From Bacteroidales bacterium (lineage in GTDB: Bacteria > Bacteroidota > Bacteroidia > Bacteroidales > B18-G4), in the NCBI GenBank assembly GCA_032250805.1, contig JAVVEM010000013.1, positions 8,268 through 72,267 on the forward strand: 64,000 bases of DNA, read 5' to 3'. Under the pieces are notes generated by a model, which was not told where the DNA came from, ran no database searches, and saw only the letters and a list, made by a program, of their open reading frames with translations. The translations under genes and the position numbers were made by a program. Positions 49,740-58,144 of the stretch are shown here, one piece after another. How positions within the stretch are numbered: the stretch's first letter is position 1; each line of letters opens with the position of its first letter.

Positions 49740-52214
49740 ATGAATCAACCCGGGGCTCTTGTCATCATTGCAAGAATGTGTATTTTTTTATTGCTTAATG
49801 GGGTTTATCTCATTGGCCCCGGTCAATCCACCCAGCTCAGCGGGCGCGTACTCGACGCAGAAACCGGCGAGCCGCTGGCTTTTGTAAACCTTGTGGCAAA
49901 TAGCAGCCGGCAAGGAACAGCATCCGATATTGACGGGAAATTCAGTCTGCACTTAAGTAAACCTGCGCAATTTTTAAAGGCCACTTACGTGGGCTATGAG
50001 CCTGCCCGGATCAATGTGGCCGGACGTTCGCAAAATTTGAAGATATTGATGCGCAGGATCCCTTACGAACTTGATGAAGTTGTTATACTTCCCGGTATCA
50101 ACTCCGCGCACCGGATTATCCGTAATGTGGTAAATAACCGCCATCGTAATGATCCGGCAAAGCTCGAAGCATATTCATATATATCCTATGAAAAGACAAT
50201 TTTTACACTCGACCTGGATTCCCTGCGGATGATCGACACCATGCTGCTCGACACCGCTTCGCTCCAGGTGCGAAGGTTTTTCGACCGGCAGGATATATTC
50301 ATCGCCGAGTCAGTCACTGAGCGAAAATACCTTCGCCCCGAAAGAAAGCGCGAAAATGTCATCGCGACAAGGGTGTCGGGCATGAAAGACCCGATATTTG
50401 TTTTTCTGGTATCGCAGATGCAATCAACCTCCTTCTACAATGAACGCATCAACATCGGCCGCAGTGAATATATTAATCCAATTAGCGGGGGCAGTACTTC
50501 AAAATATACTTTTATCCTTGAAGATACAGCATACAGCGATCGAAATGATACCATATTCATTATTTCATACCGGCCTGCACCAAATACTAACTTTGACGGG
50601 CTCAAAGGCGTGCTTTCAATAAACACATATAACTGGGCCGTACAGAATGTGATTGCTGAACCTGCACGCGATGAAGGCCCGTTCACCATCAGGATCCAGC
50701 AGCAATATGAACTGATCGACGGGAAACAATGGTTCCCGGTACAGCTCAATACCGATATTATGATCAGATCGATCGGGACCAGCGTTAATGATGAGATGTA
50801 TTCATTTGTTGGCGTTGGCAAAAGTTATATCAGGGATATTGAATTGAATCCCCGATTGCTTCGAAGCGAATTTGATAATATTGAGGTGGATGTCGACCCC
50901 CGGGCCCACGACCGAAGTGAAGAATTCTGGAATGTATACCGTGCCGACAGCCTGAGTGAGAGGGACAGGAATACATATGAATTTATGGACAGCATCGGGC
51001 GTGAAGTGAATTTCGACCGCCTTGCAAAAACTTTTGAAACTGTGATGACAGGCCGGATACCGTTTAAGGTGATCGATTTCGATATTGATAAGTTTTTACG
51101 CTATAACCAATACGAAGGATTATACCTTGGACTTGGCATCCATACCAACGAACGGCTTTCAAGGCGCTTCAAAGCCGGCGGGTTCTGGGGCTACTCGTTT
51201 AATGACAAAACTGCCAAATATGGTGGCGATGGTTCGGTGCTGATCCACAGGCGCAGTGATTTGAAACTCAAGGCCGGCTATTTTTATGATGTTACGGAAA
51301 GCGCAGGGACAGAATTTAATGGTGAACCAAAATCTTTTTTGCGTGCTGAAGGCTTCAGAAATTTTCTCATTCGCCGAATGAATGTCACCGAAAGGGGGTA
51401 TGTTGGATTGGAGTTCAATGCCCTGCGGCATTTTCGCTGGGAGTTGCTTGTTTTGAGCGACTTTAAAAAGGCATTTCCCGACTACTACTACGGACAGCGT
51501 GAAGGAAATACCGCCATGCTTAAGAACGAATTCCGGTTTACCGAATTAACCGCAGGATTTCGCTTTGCTTTTCGTGAAAAATTTTTAAGAACAAAGCGGA
51601 TGAAAATCTCACTCGGAACAAAATATCCCGTCATTAGGTTTCAGTATACCCGTGGCTTTGATAACATCCTTAGCGGCGAGTTTGCATACAACCGCTATGA
51701 TTTGAAAATTTCCGAATCGTTTTATATTAAATATCTCGGATTAACGGCCATTGAACTTCGGGCAGGCTATATCGACGGCGATCTTCCCTATTGCAACCTC
51801 TATAATGGAAACGGCAGCTACCGGGTGTTTACGGTCTATGCCTCCAACAGTTTTGCTACCATGCGCATGAATGAGTTTTTGAGCAACCGCTTTGTGGCCT
51901 TATACCTGTCGCATAACTTCGGCACCCTGCTGGTCCGTACCCGTTTTTTCTCGCCCGAGATCATGCTGGTTACAAATATCGGCTTCGGCAAACTGAACAA
52001 TGCTGCACAGCATCATAATACCAGCTTCAACACCATGGAAAAAGGCTTTTACGAATCGGGTGTGCTCTTCCATGGTTTGCTCGACCTGAGTTTTTACAAA
52101 GTAGGGGTCGGGATGTTTTACCGCTATGGTCCGTATAGTTTCGAAAAAACAATTGATAACTTTGCCTTTAAAGCAAGTATAGTGTTCCCGATCGAAAGCG
52201 TTAAACGGCAATAG
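49740..52214 (+). CDS. Large envelope protein: N-terminal CarboxypepD_reg-like beta-sandwich plus a long putative beta-barrel region (I recall the family name DUF5686)
   Basis: It has a hydrophobic N-terminus. LSGRVLDAETGEPLAFVNLV...GTASDIDGKFSL...ATYVGYEP is a carboxypeptidase-regulatory-like fold. The C-terminal ~450 aa are rich in alternating aromatic/Gly strands (GLYLGLGIH, GFWGYSF, AGYFYD, VGVGMFYRYG). Confidence 0.6.
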   Translation: MNQPGALVIIARMCIFLLLNGVYLIGPGQSTQLSGRVLDAETGEPLAFVNLVANSSRQGTASDIDGKFSLHLSKPAQFLKATYVGYEPARINVAGRSQNLKILMRRIPYELDEVVILPGINSAHRIIRNVVNNRHRNDPAKLEAYSYISYEKTIFTLDLDSLRMIDTMLLDTASLQVRRFFDRQDIFIAESVTERKYLRPERKRENVIATRVSGMKDPIFVFLVSQMQSTSFYNERINIGRSEYINPISGGSTSKYTFILEDTAYSDRNDTIFIISYRPAPNTNFDGLKGVLSINTYNWAVQNVIAEPARDEGPFTIRIQQQYELIDGKQWFPVQLNTDIMIRSIGTSVNDEMYSFVGVGKSYIRDIELNPRLLRSEFDNIEVDVDPRAHDRSEEFWNVYRADSLSERDRNTYEFMDSIGREVNFDRLAKTFETVMTGRIPFKVIDFDIDKFLRYNQYEGLYLGLGIHTNERLSRRFKAGGFWGYSFNDKTAKYGGDGSVLIHRRSDLKLKAGYFYDVTESAGTEFNGEPKSFLRAEGFRNFLIRRMNVTERGYVGLEFNALRHFRWELLVLSDFKKAFPDYYYGQREGNTAMLKNEFRFTELTAGFRFAFREKFLRTKRMKISLGTKYPVIRFQYTRGFDNILSGEFAYNRYDLKISESFYIKYLGLTAIELRAGYIDGDLPYCNLYNGNGSYRVFTVYASNSFATMRMNEFLSNRFVALYLSHNFGTLLVRTRFFSPEIMLVTNIGFGKLNNAAQHHNTSFNTMEKGFYESGVLFHGLLDLSFYKVGVGMFYRYGPYSFEKTIDNFAFKASIVFPIESVKRQ

Positions 52215-52231
52215 ATCCTACTACCCGGCGG

Positions 52232-53719
52232 TCAACTCTTTTGCTCGATTTTTTTGATCAGTTTTTTGAAAATGTAAAAATGGAAGGGCAGGAAAAAATA
52301 CCAGTAAACTTCACCCCATAATCCTTTTGGCTGAAAATATGCCGTAACGGTAAGTTTATTCAGTCCCTCGTGTGAGTCGATGATGAATTCGAGCCATGCT
52401 TTGCCCGGAAGGATCATCTCAGCGCGCAATAGCAGGAGCTTATCCTTTTTGATGTTTTCGACACGGAAAAAATCAACGGCATCATCAACACGGAGTTCTG
52501 AATAACTTCTTCTGCCCCGCGAAGATCCCACACCAAGAATCATGCGGTCGATCATCCCCCGCAAACGCCACATCCAGTTACTTTGAAACCAACCTCTTTT
52601 TCCGCCTATACTGCAAAATGAAGCAAATAATGAAGATGGTTCTTTGTGCGTGAGCAGGCAATAGCTTGTATTGTGTTTGGGGACAGGGCTGGTATGCGTA
52701 AGTTTTACGGGTTTTGCCAGTGAATCGGGAAAAGTATCCGACCAGCGTGTAGTGATCTGGTCAGACTTTTCTACCCTTAACGCCTCTTTCAGGGCTTGCC
52801 CGAAACTCAGGGGTTCAAATTTTATCAATTCCCTGATGTCGTTGTTTTGACATACAACCTCATTTTTGCACCCGATTACCAAAACCTTGGTAATCGGACC
52901 TGGTACCGGAGTGAGCAGGCTTGCAAGGTATCCGTATACTGCGGGTGTTGTGATGAGGGCAGGCAAAAATGCCCGCTTCTTTCCAAGAAATTTTGCAAAA
53001 TGAACAAGCATTTCATCGTAAGTAAGGATCGATTGTCCTCCGATATCAAATTCCTTGCCACGTGCTTCATCTATCTCCAATACTCCTACCAGGTACTTGA
53101 TCACATCCCTGAGCGCAATGGGCTGACTTTTTGTTTTTGCCCATTTGGGTATAAAAAATACAGGCGTATTGCGCACAAGGTTCGACAATATCTCATAAGA
53201 AGCACTTCCTGAGCCGATGATCATTCCTGCCCGCAATATCGTAACAGGGATGCGCCCCTGCGATAGCTTTTTGCCTACCTGGAACCGATTTTTGAGGTGC
53301 GGTGAAAGTTGGGTGTTTATGTCTCCCAGGCCTCCCAGGTATATAATTGCCTTCAGATTTTGGTTTTCGGCTGCGATCCGAAAATTAACTGCTGCCTGGA
53401 TATCGGTTTCTTCGAATTTTTTGTGGCCAAGCAGCAACGAATGGATCAGATAATATGCAATGTCAACATCTTCAAGAACAGTAATCAAACTTTCAAGATC
53501 AAGCGCGTCAGCTTCAATTACTTCAGCTCCCGGCCACCGGCTTTTGTAATCTTCAGAATAGGAACGAACCATTACCCTGACACGGTAATTCCTTGCCAAT
53601 AACTCAGGAACAAGGCGTCCACCTATGTAGCCGGTGGCACCGGTGACAAGTACAAGGGGATCGTCTTTCCTTGGAATTGTGGGAAGGTCTCTGCAAAGCA
53701 ATGTATTGTCATTTTGCAT
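52232..53719 (-). CDS. Atypical SDR / NAD(P)-binding Rossmann protein fused to a C-terminal DUF2867-like domain
   Basis: N-terminal VLVTGATGYIGGRLVPELL (GxxGxxG). The C-terminal ~170 aa have no catalytic motif I recognise. Confidence 0.65.
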   Translation of the reverse strand: MQNDNTLLCRDLPTIPRKDDPLVLVTGATGYIGGRLVPELLARNYRVRVMVRSYSEDYKSRWPGAEVIEADALDLESLITVLEDVDIAYYLIHSLLLGHKKFEETDIQAAVNFRIAAENQNLKAIIYLGGLGDINTQLSPHLKNRFQVGKKLSQGRIPVTILRAGMIIGSGSASYEILSNLVRNTPVFFIPKWAKTKSQPIALRDVIKYLVGVLEIDEARGKEFDIGGQSILTYDEMLVHFAKFLGKKRAFLPALITTPAVYGYLASLLTPVPGPITKVLVIGCKNEVVCQNNDIRELIKFEPLSFGQALKEALRVEKSDQITTRWSDTFPDSLAKPVKLTHTSPVPKHNTSYCLLTHKEPSSLFASFCSIGGKRGWFQSNWMWRLRGMIDRMILGVGSSRGRRSYSELRVDDAVDFFRVENIKKDKLLLLRAEMILPGKAWLEFIIDSHEGLNKLTVTAYFQPKGLWGEVYWYFFLPFHFYIFKKLIKKIEQKS

Positions 53720-53796
53720 CTGAAGTGGATTAATTGCCGACTTGTATAGAATGATTATAAATTAATATACATAGTAATTACATACAAATTAATACA

Positions 53797-53804
53797 TATA
53801 TTTG
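53797..53804 (+). promoter_or_regulatory. Bacteroidota -7 promoter box (TATATTTG) for the multihaem cytochrome gene
   Basis: Matches TAnnTTTG, 60 nt upstream of the ATG at 53865, in a very AT-rich divergent intergenic region. Confidence 0.4.
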
Positions 53805-53864
53805 ATAATAAAGTAATTTCGGACAAGATACAAAAATACTATTTACAAATATAAATATATAGCT

Positions 53865-55367
53865 ATGAAACTACCAAAATCATTTCATAACTGGACATCG
53901 CTTAGCGGATCGATCATTGCGATCATCTCAATGTTCATGATTGTATTCCTCATTGTAATATCTTCCTTTTTGGGCGAGGGGAGTTCATACCTGGGGCTTG
54001 TGATCTATATCCTGTTGCCTGTGATCCTCATCATTGGTTTGCTCATGATCCCGCTCGGGATGATTTTTTACAACAAAAAATTAAAGCGCACAGGCCAGAT
54101 ACAGATAAAAAAGTGGCCATACATTGACCTGAATACGACCCGGCACCGCAATGCTTTTCTGATTTTCACATTCGGGACGGTGGTGTTTCTGCTATTCTCA
54201 GCTGTTGGGAGCTATGAGGCTTTTCATTATACCGAATCAGTTGAATTTTGCGGTACCCTCTGCCACCAGGTGATGGAGCCCGAATATGTTGCGTACCAGA
54301 ATTCGCCTCATGCCAGGGTATCGTGTGTCGAGTGCCATGTTGGCTCAGGTGCAAACTGGTATGTCAGGTCGAAATTGTCGGGATTGTACCAGGTATATGC
54401 AGTGCTGACCAATAATTATCCCAGGCCAATTCCAACTCCCATCACAAACCTGCGACCGGCACGAGAGACCTGCGAGGAGTGTCACTGGCCTGAAAAATTC
54501 TATGCACGCACCCTTCGCATCGAAAAGCACTACCTTGCCGACGAGGCCAACACAGAGTGGGATATTGCCCTGCAAATGAAAATCGGATCGTCGTACAGCG
54601 CCCTGGGTCTCAAAGAGGGGATCCACTGGCATATTAACCCTGATGTACGGATAGAATACATGGCTTCTCCCGATTCACACCGTGATACCATTCCCTGGGT
54701 AAAAATGACCAACCTGAAAACAGGCGAGGAAACCATATTTGAAGATCCGGATTATTTCGGCCTGGCCGATAAAATGGAAGGAATGGAGAACAGGATCATG
54801 GACTGCATGGATTGTCATAACAGGCCTTCACATGATTATCAAACTCCTGTCCGCTTTATCAACGACGCCATTACAGCCGGCAGGATCCCCAGGGAATTGC
54901 CCGACATAAAATCCCTGGCCATGGAAGTGATTAACAATGACTTTCCTACACTCGACAGTGCGTTTAGCTATATTGAGGCTGAGGTATTGATGTACTATGA
55001 ATATATGCATGAAGATATTTTTGAAAATGATATGCCACTGATCAAAAAAGCGATCTCGGCAATACAGAGTGCCTTCAGTAAAAATATTTTCCCGTATATG
55101 GGCGTGAGCTGGACCGCATATCCCAATCATATCGGGCATCTTGAATTTAACGGATGCTTCCGTTGCCATAACGACAGGCATGTTTCGGAGAGTGGAAAGA
55201 TTATATCAATGGACTGCAACCTTTGCCATACCATCATTGCGCAGGGTGCAGTTGATACGCTGCAAATGACCGATATGTACCAGTCGCTTGAGTTTGTGCA
55301 TCCAAACGACCCCAATGAAGCCTGGAAAAGGGAAGCCTGCTCTGCATGCCATAAAGAGCTATATTAG
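53865..55367 (+). CDS. Membrane-anchored multihaem c-type cytochrome, NapC/NirT-related (ImcH-like), 7 haem-binding motifs
   Basis: Three N-terminal TM helices. Haem sites are CGTLCH (CX3CH), CVECH, CEECH, CMDCH, CFRCH, CNLCH and CSACH; 500 aa. Confidence 0.8.
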   Translation: MKLPKSFHNWTSLSGSIIAIISMFMIVFLIVISSFLGEGSSYLGLVIYILLPVILIIGLLMIPLGMIFYNKKLKRTGQIQIKKWPYIDLNTTRHRNAFLIFTFGTVVFLLFSAVGSYEAFHYTESVEFCGTLCHQVMEPEYVAYQNSPHARVSCVECHVGSGANWYVRSKLSGLYQVYAVLTNNYPRPIPTPITNLRPARETCEECHWPEKFYARTLRIEKHYLADEANTEWDIALQMKIGSSYSALGLKEGIHWHINPDVRIEYMASPDSHRDTIPWVKMTNLKTGEETIFEDPDYFGLADKMEGMENRIMDCMDCHNRPSHDYQTPVRFINDAITAGRIPRELPDIKSLAMEVINNDFPTLDSAFSYIEAEVLMYYEYMHEDIFENDMPLIKKAISAIQSAFSKNIFPYMGVSWTAYPNHIGHLEFNGCFRCHNDRHVSESGKIISMDCNLCHTIIAQGAVDTLQMTDMYQSLEFVHPNDPNEAWKREACSACHKELY

Positions 55368-55383
55368 CACCATGATGCTTAAT

Positions 55384-55399
55384 TCCGGTAATCACCGGA
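55384..55399. terminator. Hairpin between convergent genes (TCCGGT-aatc-ACCGGA), possible bidirectional terminator
   Basis: A 6-bp perfect stem with a 4-nt loop, between the cytochrome stop (55367) and the AEC transporter stop (55403). There is no long U-tract. Confidence 0.35.
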
Positions 55400-55402
55400 T
55401 CA

Positions 55403-56305
55403 CTATTGTAAATAATATATAATCAGGGGTATAGCAATAAGTCCTGCAAGGATCCCGAAAGAGACCATGGAGGCGGCATATTCCTTGTCGAGTTTTTCCA
55501 TGGAAGCATATATGATCGAATTAAATCCGATAGGGGCCGAGGCGCCGATAAGCACTACGGCCATGATCAAGCCATCCAGATCAAGAAGATAGCAAAAGCC
55601 AAGGCCGAGAAAAAATCCAAGCAGCATGCGGATGGCGATGCCCGCAAAAACTGAAACGGGTTTGATCAGCCTGATATTGAAAAATACCCCGAGGGTGATC
55701 ATGATCAGGGGTATGGTAAGGTCGCCCAGAATTTGTAAAAGCCTGGCCGGTACCGGGGGGATCGCTGTATTGCTCAGGTTTAGCAGAACACCTGCGATCA
55801 GCGCCCACAAAGGAGGCGAAGCGGCAAATTTCTTTATCAGGATCTTATTTGAGTTTCCATGCTCGCCGTAGCGGCAGGCAATATAATATACCAGCGTGAA
55901 GGCCAGTGCCGCATTGCTGAAATCAAAGATCGACAGCACCGCCAGTCCTTCATCACCATATGCTGCGATCACAAAGGGAAGGGCAAAACCAATGTTCATG
56001 ATCATTGTGCCCACCATAAGCACCCCGTGTGTCCTCCGGTCGAGTTTCATCATTTTTCCAATGATGTACGCTACGCCAAATTGTATCATGATAATGGAAA
56101 ACGAGATCAGGGGCAGCCATGCCAGCTCTTTGGTAAGCTCTATACGTGTAAGGGAAAGGATGACCAGGGCAGGAAGGGATAAATAAAACACCACGCGCAT
56201 AAAAACATCGCCGTGATCCTGCTTGAGCACTCCCAGCACCTTAAGTAAAAACCCCAATACAAAGATCAGGATAACAGGTATAAGGTTGTAGGCCAGGTTT
56301 TCCAT
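55403..56305 (-). CDS. AEC (auxin efflux carrier) family transporter
   Basis: 300 aa with ~10 TM in a 5+5 arrangement. The N-terminal pattern (MENLAYNLIPVILIFVLGFLLK) is typical of AEC/Mdc-like permeases. Confidence 0.7.
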   Translation of the reverse strand: MENLAYNLIPVILIFVLGFLLKVLGVLKQDHGDVFMRVVFYLSLPALVILSLTRIELTKELAWLPLISFSIIMIQFGVAYIIGKMMKLDRRTHGVLMVGTMIMNIGFALPFVIAAYGDEGLAVLSIFDFSNAALAFTLVYYIACRYGEHGNSNKILIKKFAASPPLWALIAGVLLNLSNTAIPPVPARLLQILGDLTIPLIMITLGVFFNIRLIKPVSVFAGIAIRMLLGFFLGLGFCYLLDLDGLIMAVVLIGASAPIGFNSIIYASMEKLDKEYAASMVSFGILAGLIAIPLIIYYLQ

Positions 56306-56428
56306 GATTTATTTATGATCAGCGAAGATAGGGAAATATGTTCAGATGACCGGAATGAGAAACATTATAATGAGCCTGCATAAATTAATTCCACCTTCCC
56401 TGAATCTTGCCCTTAATAGATAATACCG

Positions 56429-56436
56429 TATCTTTG
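56429..56436 (+). promoter_or_regulatory. Bacteroidota -7 promoter box (TATCTTTG) for the M28 peptidase gene
   Basis: Matches TAnnTTTG, 24 nt upstream of the GTG start at 56460. Confidence 0.45.
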
Positions 56437-56459
56437 CTTTCACTAAAAAAATTTATACC

Positions 56460-58115
56460 GTGAAGAAAATATATCTACTCCTTATTGCAATGGCGACGGG
56501 ACTGTTCCTAAGCGCACAGGTTGCTTACAGTCCGCTGGTCGATTCACTGAAAAACGAAATTACCGAATCAACTGTTTCAGTCCTGCTGGAAGAGCTTTCC
56601 GGCGAGGTACCGGTAATGATCGGCGGGAATCAATATACACTCGACTCAAGGCATTCCTTTTCAAGCTTTAACCCGCTTGCGGCCCAATGGATCTATGAAC
56701 AGTTCGAAGCTATGGGCCTTCCCGTTGAATATCATTACTTCAACAACAACGGCGAAAATGTCGTTGCTACGATTACAGGCAGTCAGTTTCCTGATAAGCA
56801 ATTCATCGTTTGTGCGTATTATGACGACATGCCACAGGGTGATGATGCTCCGGGAGCCGACGACAATGCTTCGGGCGTAGTTGGTGTGCTTGAAACTGCG
56901 CGCCTTCTGAAAGATTATGACCTGAAATATACGGTTAAATTTATCGCTTTTGATGAAGAAGAACAAGGTTTGATTGGAAGTAATGCCTATGCCGGCCAGG
57001 CTGCACAAAATGGCGATGATATTTTGGGGGTGCTCAATCTCGATATGATCGCCTATGATTCAGATGGCGACTACGAAATGTCGATATCCACCAATACACA
57101 ATCAACACCTTTTACCAATGATTACACCGCCGTTTTGGCAACTTATGACTTCGACTTCAGCCATAACTATATCACAACAGGTGCCAGCGACCATTCTCCC
57201 TTCTGGAACAATGGCTACCAGGCCATTCTTGCAATAGAGGACTGGTACGATTTCAATGCCTTTTATCATACCACCAATGATATTTTCGATAATTGCAATA
57301 TTCCCTATTTTCATCAGATGGTGCAGGCAGCCTTCGCCACTATGGCAACACACGGCATGGATATGAAAATGGAATTGATTCATGAACCGCTTGCATCAGG
57401 AAATTTTACAAATGACAGGGAGGCCATGCTGGTTATCAATACAAGCCATCCAATTGCTACAGGCTCTGGTTCCCCGCGATTATATTACAGGCTTGATGAG
57501 GGTGCATTTATGGAATTACAGGCTGCTTCATCCATTCAGGATACTTTTTACTTTACCATTCCGGGGCAGGCTGCACCCACAAAGGTTGACTATTATTTTG
57601 GAGTTCAGAATGAAGATGCCAGCCTGGTGGCAACCCTTCCTGCCGGAGGCAGGGGGCTGAACCCCCCGGGCAACATTGCTCCTGAAATTTTTTATTCCTA
57701 CCTGATCGCCGACGTCAGTTCGCTGGCGGATTGCAGCAACACTGTTCCGAAAGCCATTAATGACCTGGAGAATCTTTATGATACGATTTTTGTAGATCAG
57801 GAAGGCGCACTTTTCGACCTGAATGTGATGGTCGACATAACCCACACATATACCGGCGATGTTGAAATATATCTTATCAGTCCCGGAGGCACCGAAATTA
57901 AACTCAGTGTGGGAAATGGCGCATCAGGGAACAATTACTCAGGTACCATTTTTGATGATCAAGCCGATATATCCATCTCGCAGGGAGCGCCCCCCTATAA
58001 TGGCTCATACAGGCCCGACGAACCATTGGCGATCACATCTTCCTGTGGAATGCCGGAAACCTGGTGCCGGGAAGATATTTTTACAGAATACAAACCGATG
58101 ATAAGGTTGAAGTAA
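56460..58115 (+). CDS. Secreted M28-family aminopeptidase with a C-terminal proprotein-convertase P-domain that is cut short; possibly a 3'-damaged gene
   Basis: GTG start and signal peptide. M28 metal ligands lie in YYDDMPQGDDAPGADDNASG, FIAFDEEEQGLIGS and SDHSPF. The P-domain begins at LNVMVDITHTYTGDVEIYLISPGGTEIKL but breaks off after GSYRPDEPLA into non-homologous sequence. Confidence 0.75.
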   Translation: MKKIYLLLIAMATGLFLSAQVAYSPLVDSLKNEITESTVSVLLEELSGEVPVMIGGNQYTLDSRHSFSSFNPLAAQWIYEQFEAMGLPVEYHYFNNNGENVVATITGSQFPDKQFIVCAYYDDMPQGDDAPGADDNASGVVGVLETARLLKDYDLKYTVKFIAFDEEEQGLIGSNAYAGQAAQNGDDILGVLNLDMIAYDSDGDYEMSISTNTQSTPFTNDYTAVLATYDFDFSHNYITTGASDHSPFWNNGYQAILAIEDWYDFNAFYHTTNDIFDNCNIPYFHQMVQAAFATMATHGMDMKMELIHEPLASGNFTNDREAMLVINTSHPIATGSGSPRLYYRLDEGAFMELQAASSIQDTFYFTIPGQAAPTKVDYYFGVQNEDASLVATLPAGGRGLNPPGNIAPEIFYSYLIADVSSLADCSNTVPKAINDLENLYDTIFVDQEGALFDLNVMVDITHTYTGDVEIYLISPGGTEIKLSVGNGASGNNYSGTIFDDQADISISQGAPPYNGSYRPDEPLAITSSCGMPETWCREDIFTEYKPMIRLK

Positions 58116-58138
58116 AATCCATGCTGATTATAAAATAA
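58001..58138 (+). pseudogene. Out-of-frame remnant of a T9SS type A C-terminal sorting domain belonging to the M28 peptidase gene
   Basis: The frame starting at 58001 reads ...IFLWNAGNLVPGRYFYRIQTDDKVEVKSMLIIK*. This resembles the last strands of a T9SS CTD (G-x-Y-F-x-x-I...K-x-x-x-x-K end). It stops at 58138, 6 nt before the pyrH ATG, and an in-frame stop at 57998 closes the frame upstream. Confidence 0.5.
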
Positions 58139-58144
58139 TGAATT

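Noticed and set aside
57990-57995. C6 homopolymer as a slippage (phase-variation) cause of the M28 peptidase frame problem
   Set aside because: I translated the +1 and -1 versions. A 7-C tract runs straight into TAA at 57998. A 5-C tract gives the frame ending ...QNTNR with no CTD. Neither version joins the P-domain to the CTD-like tail.
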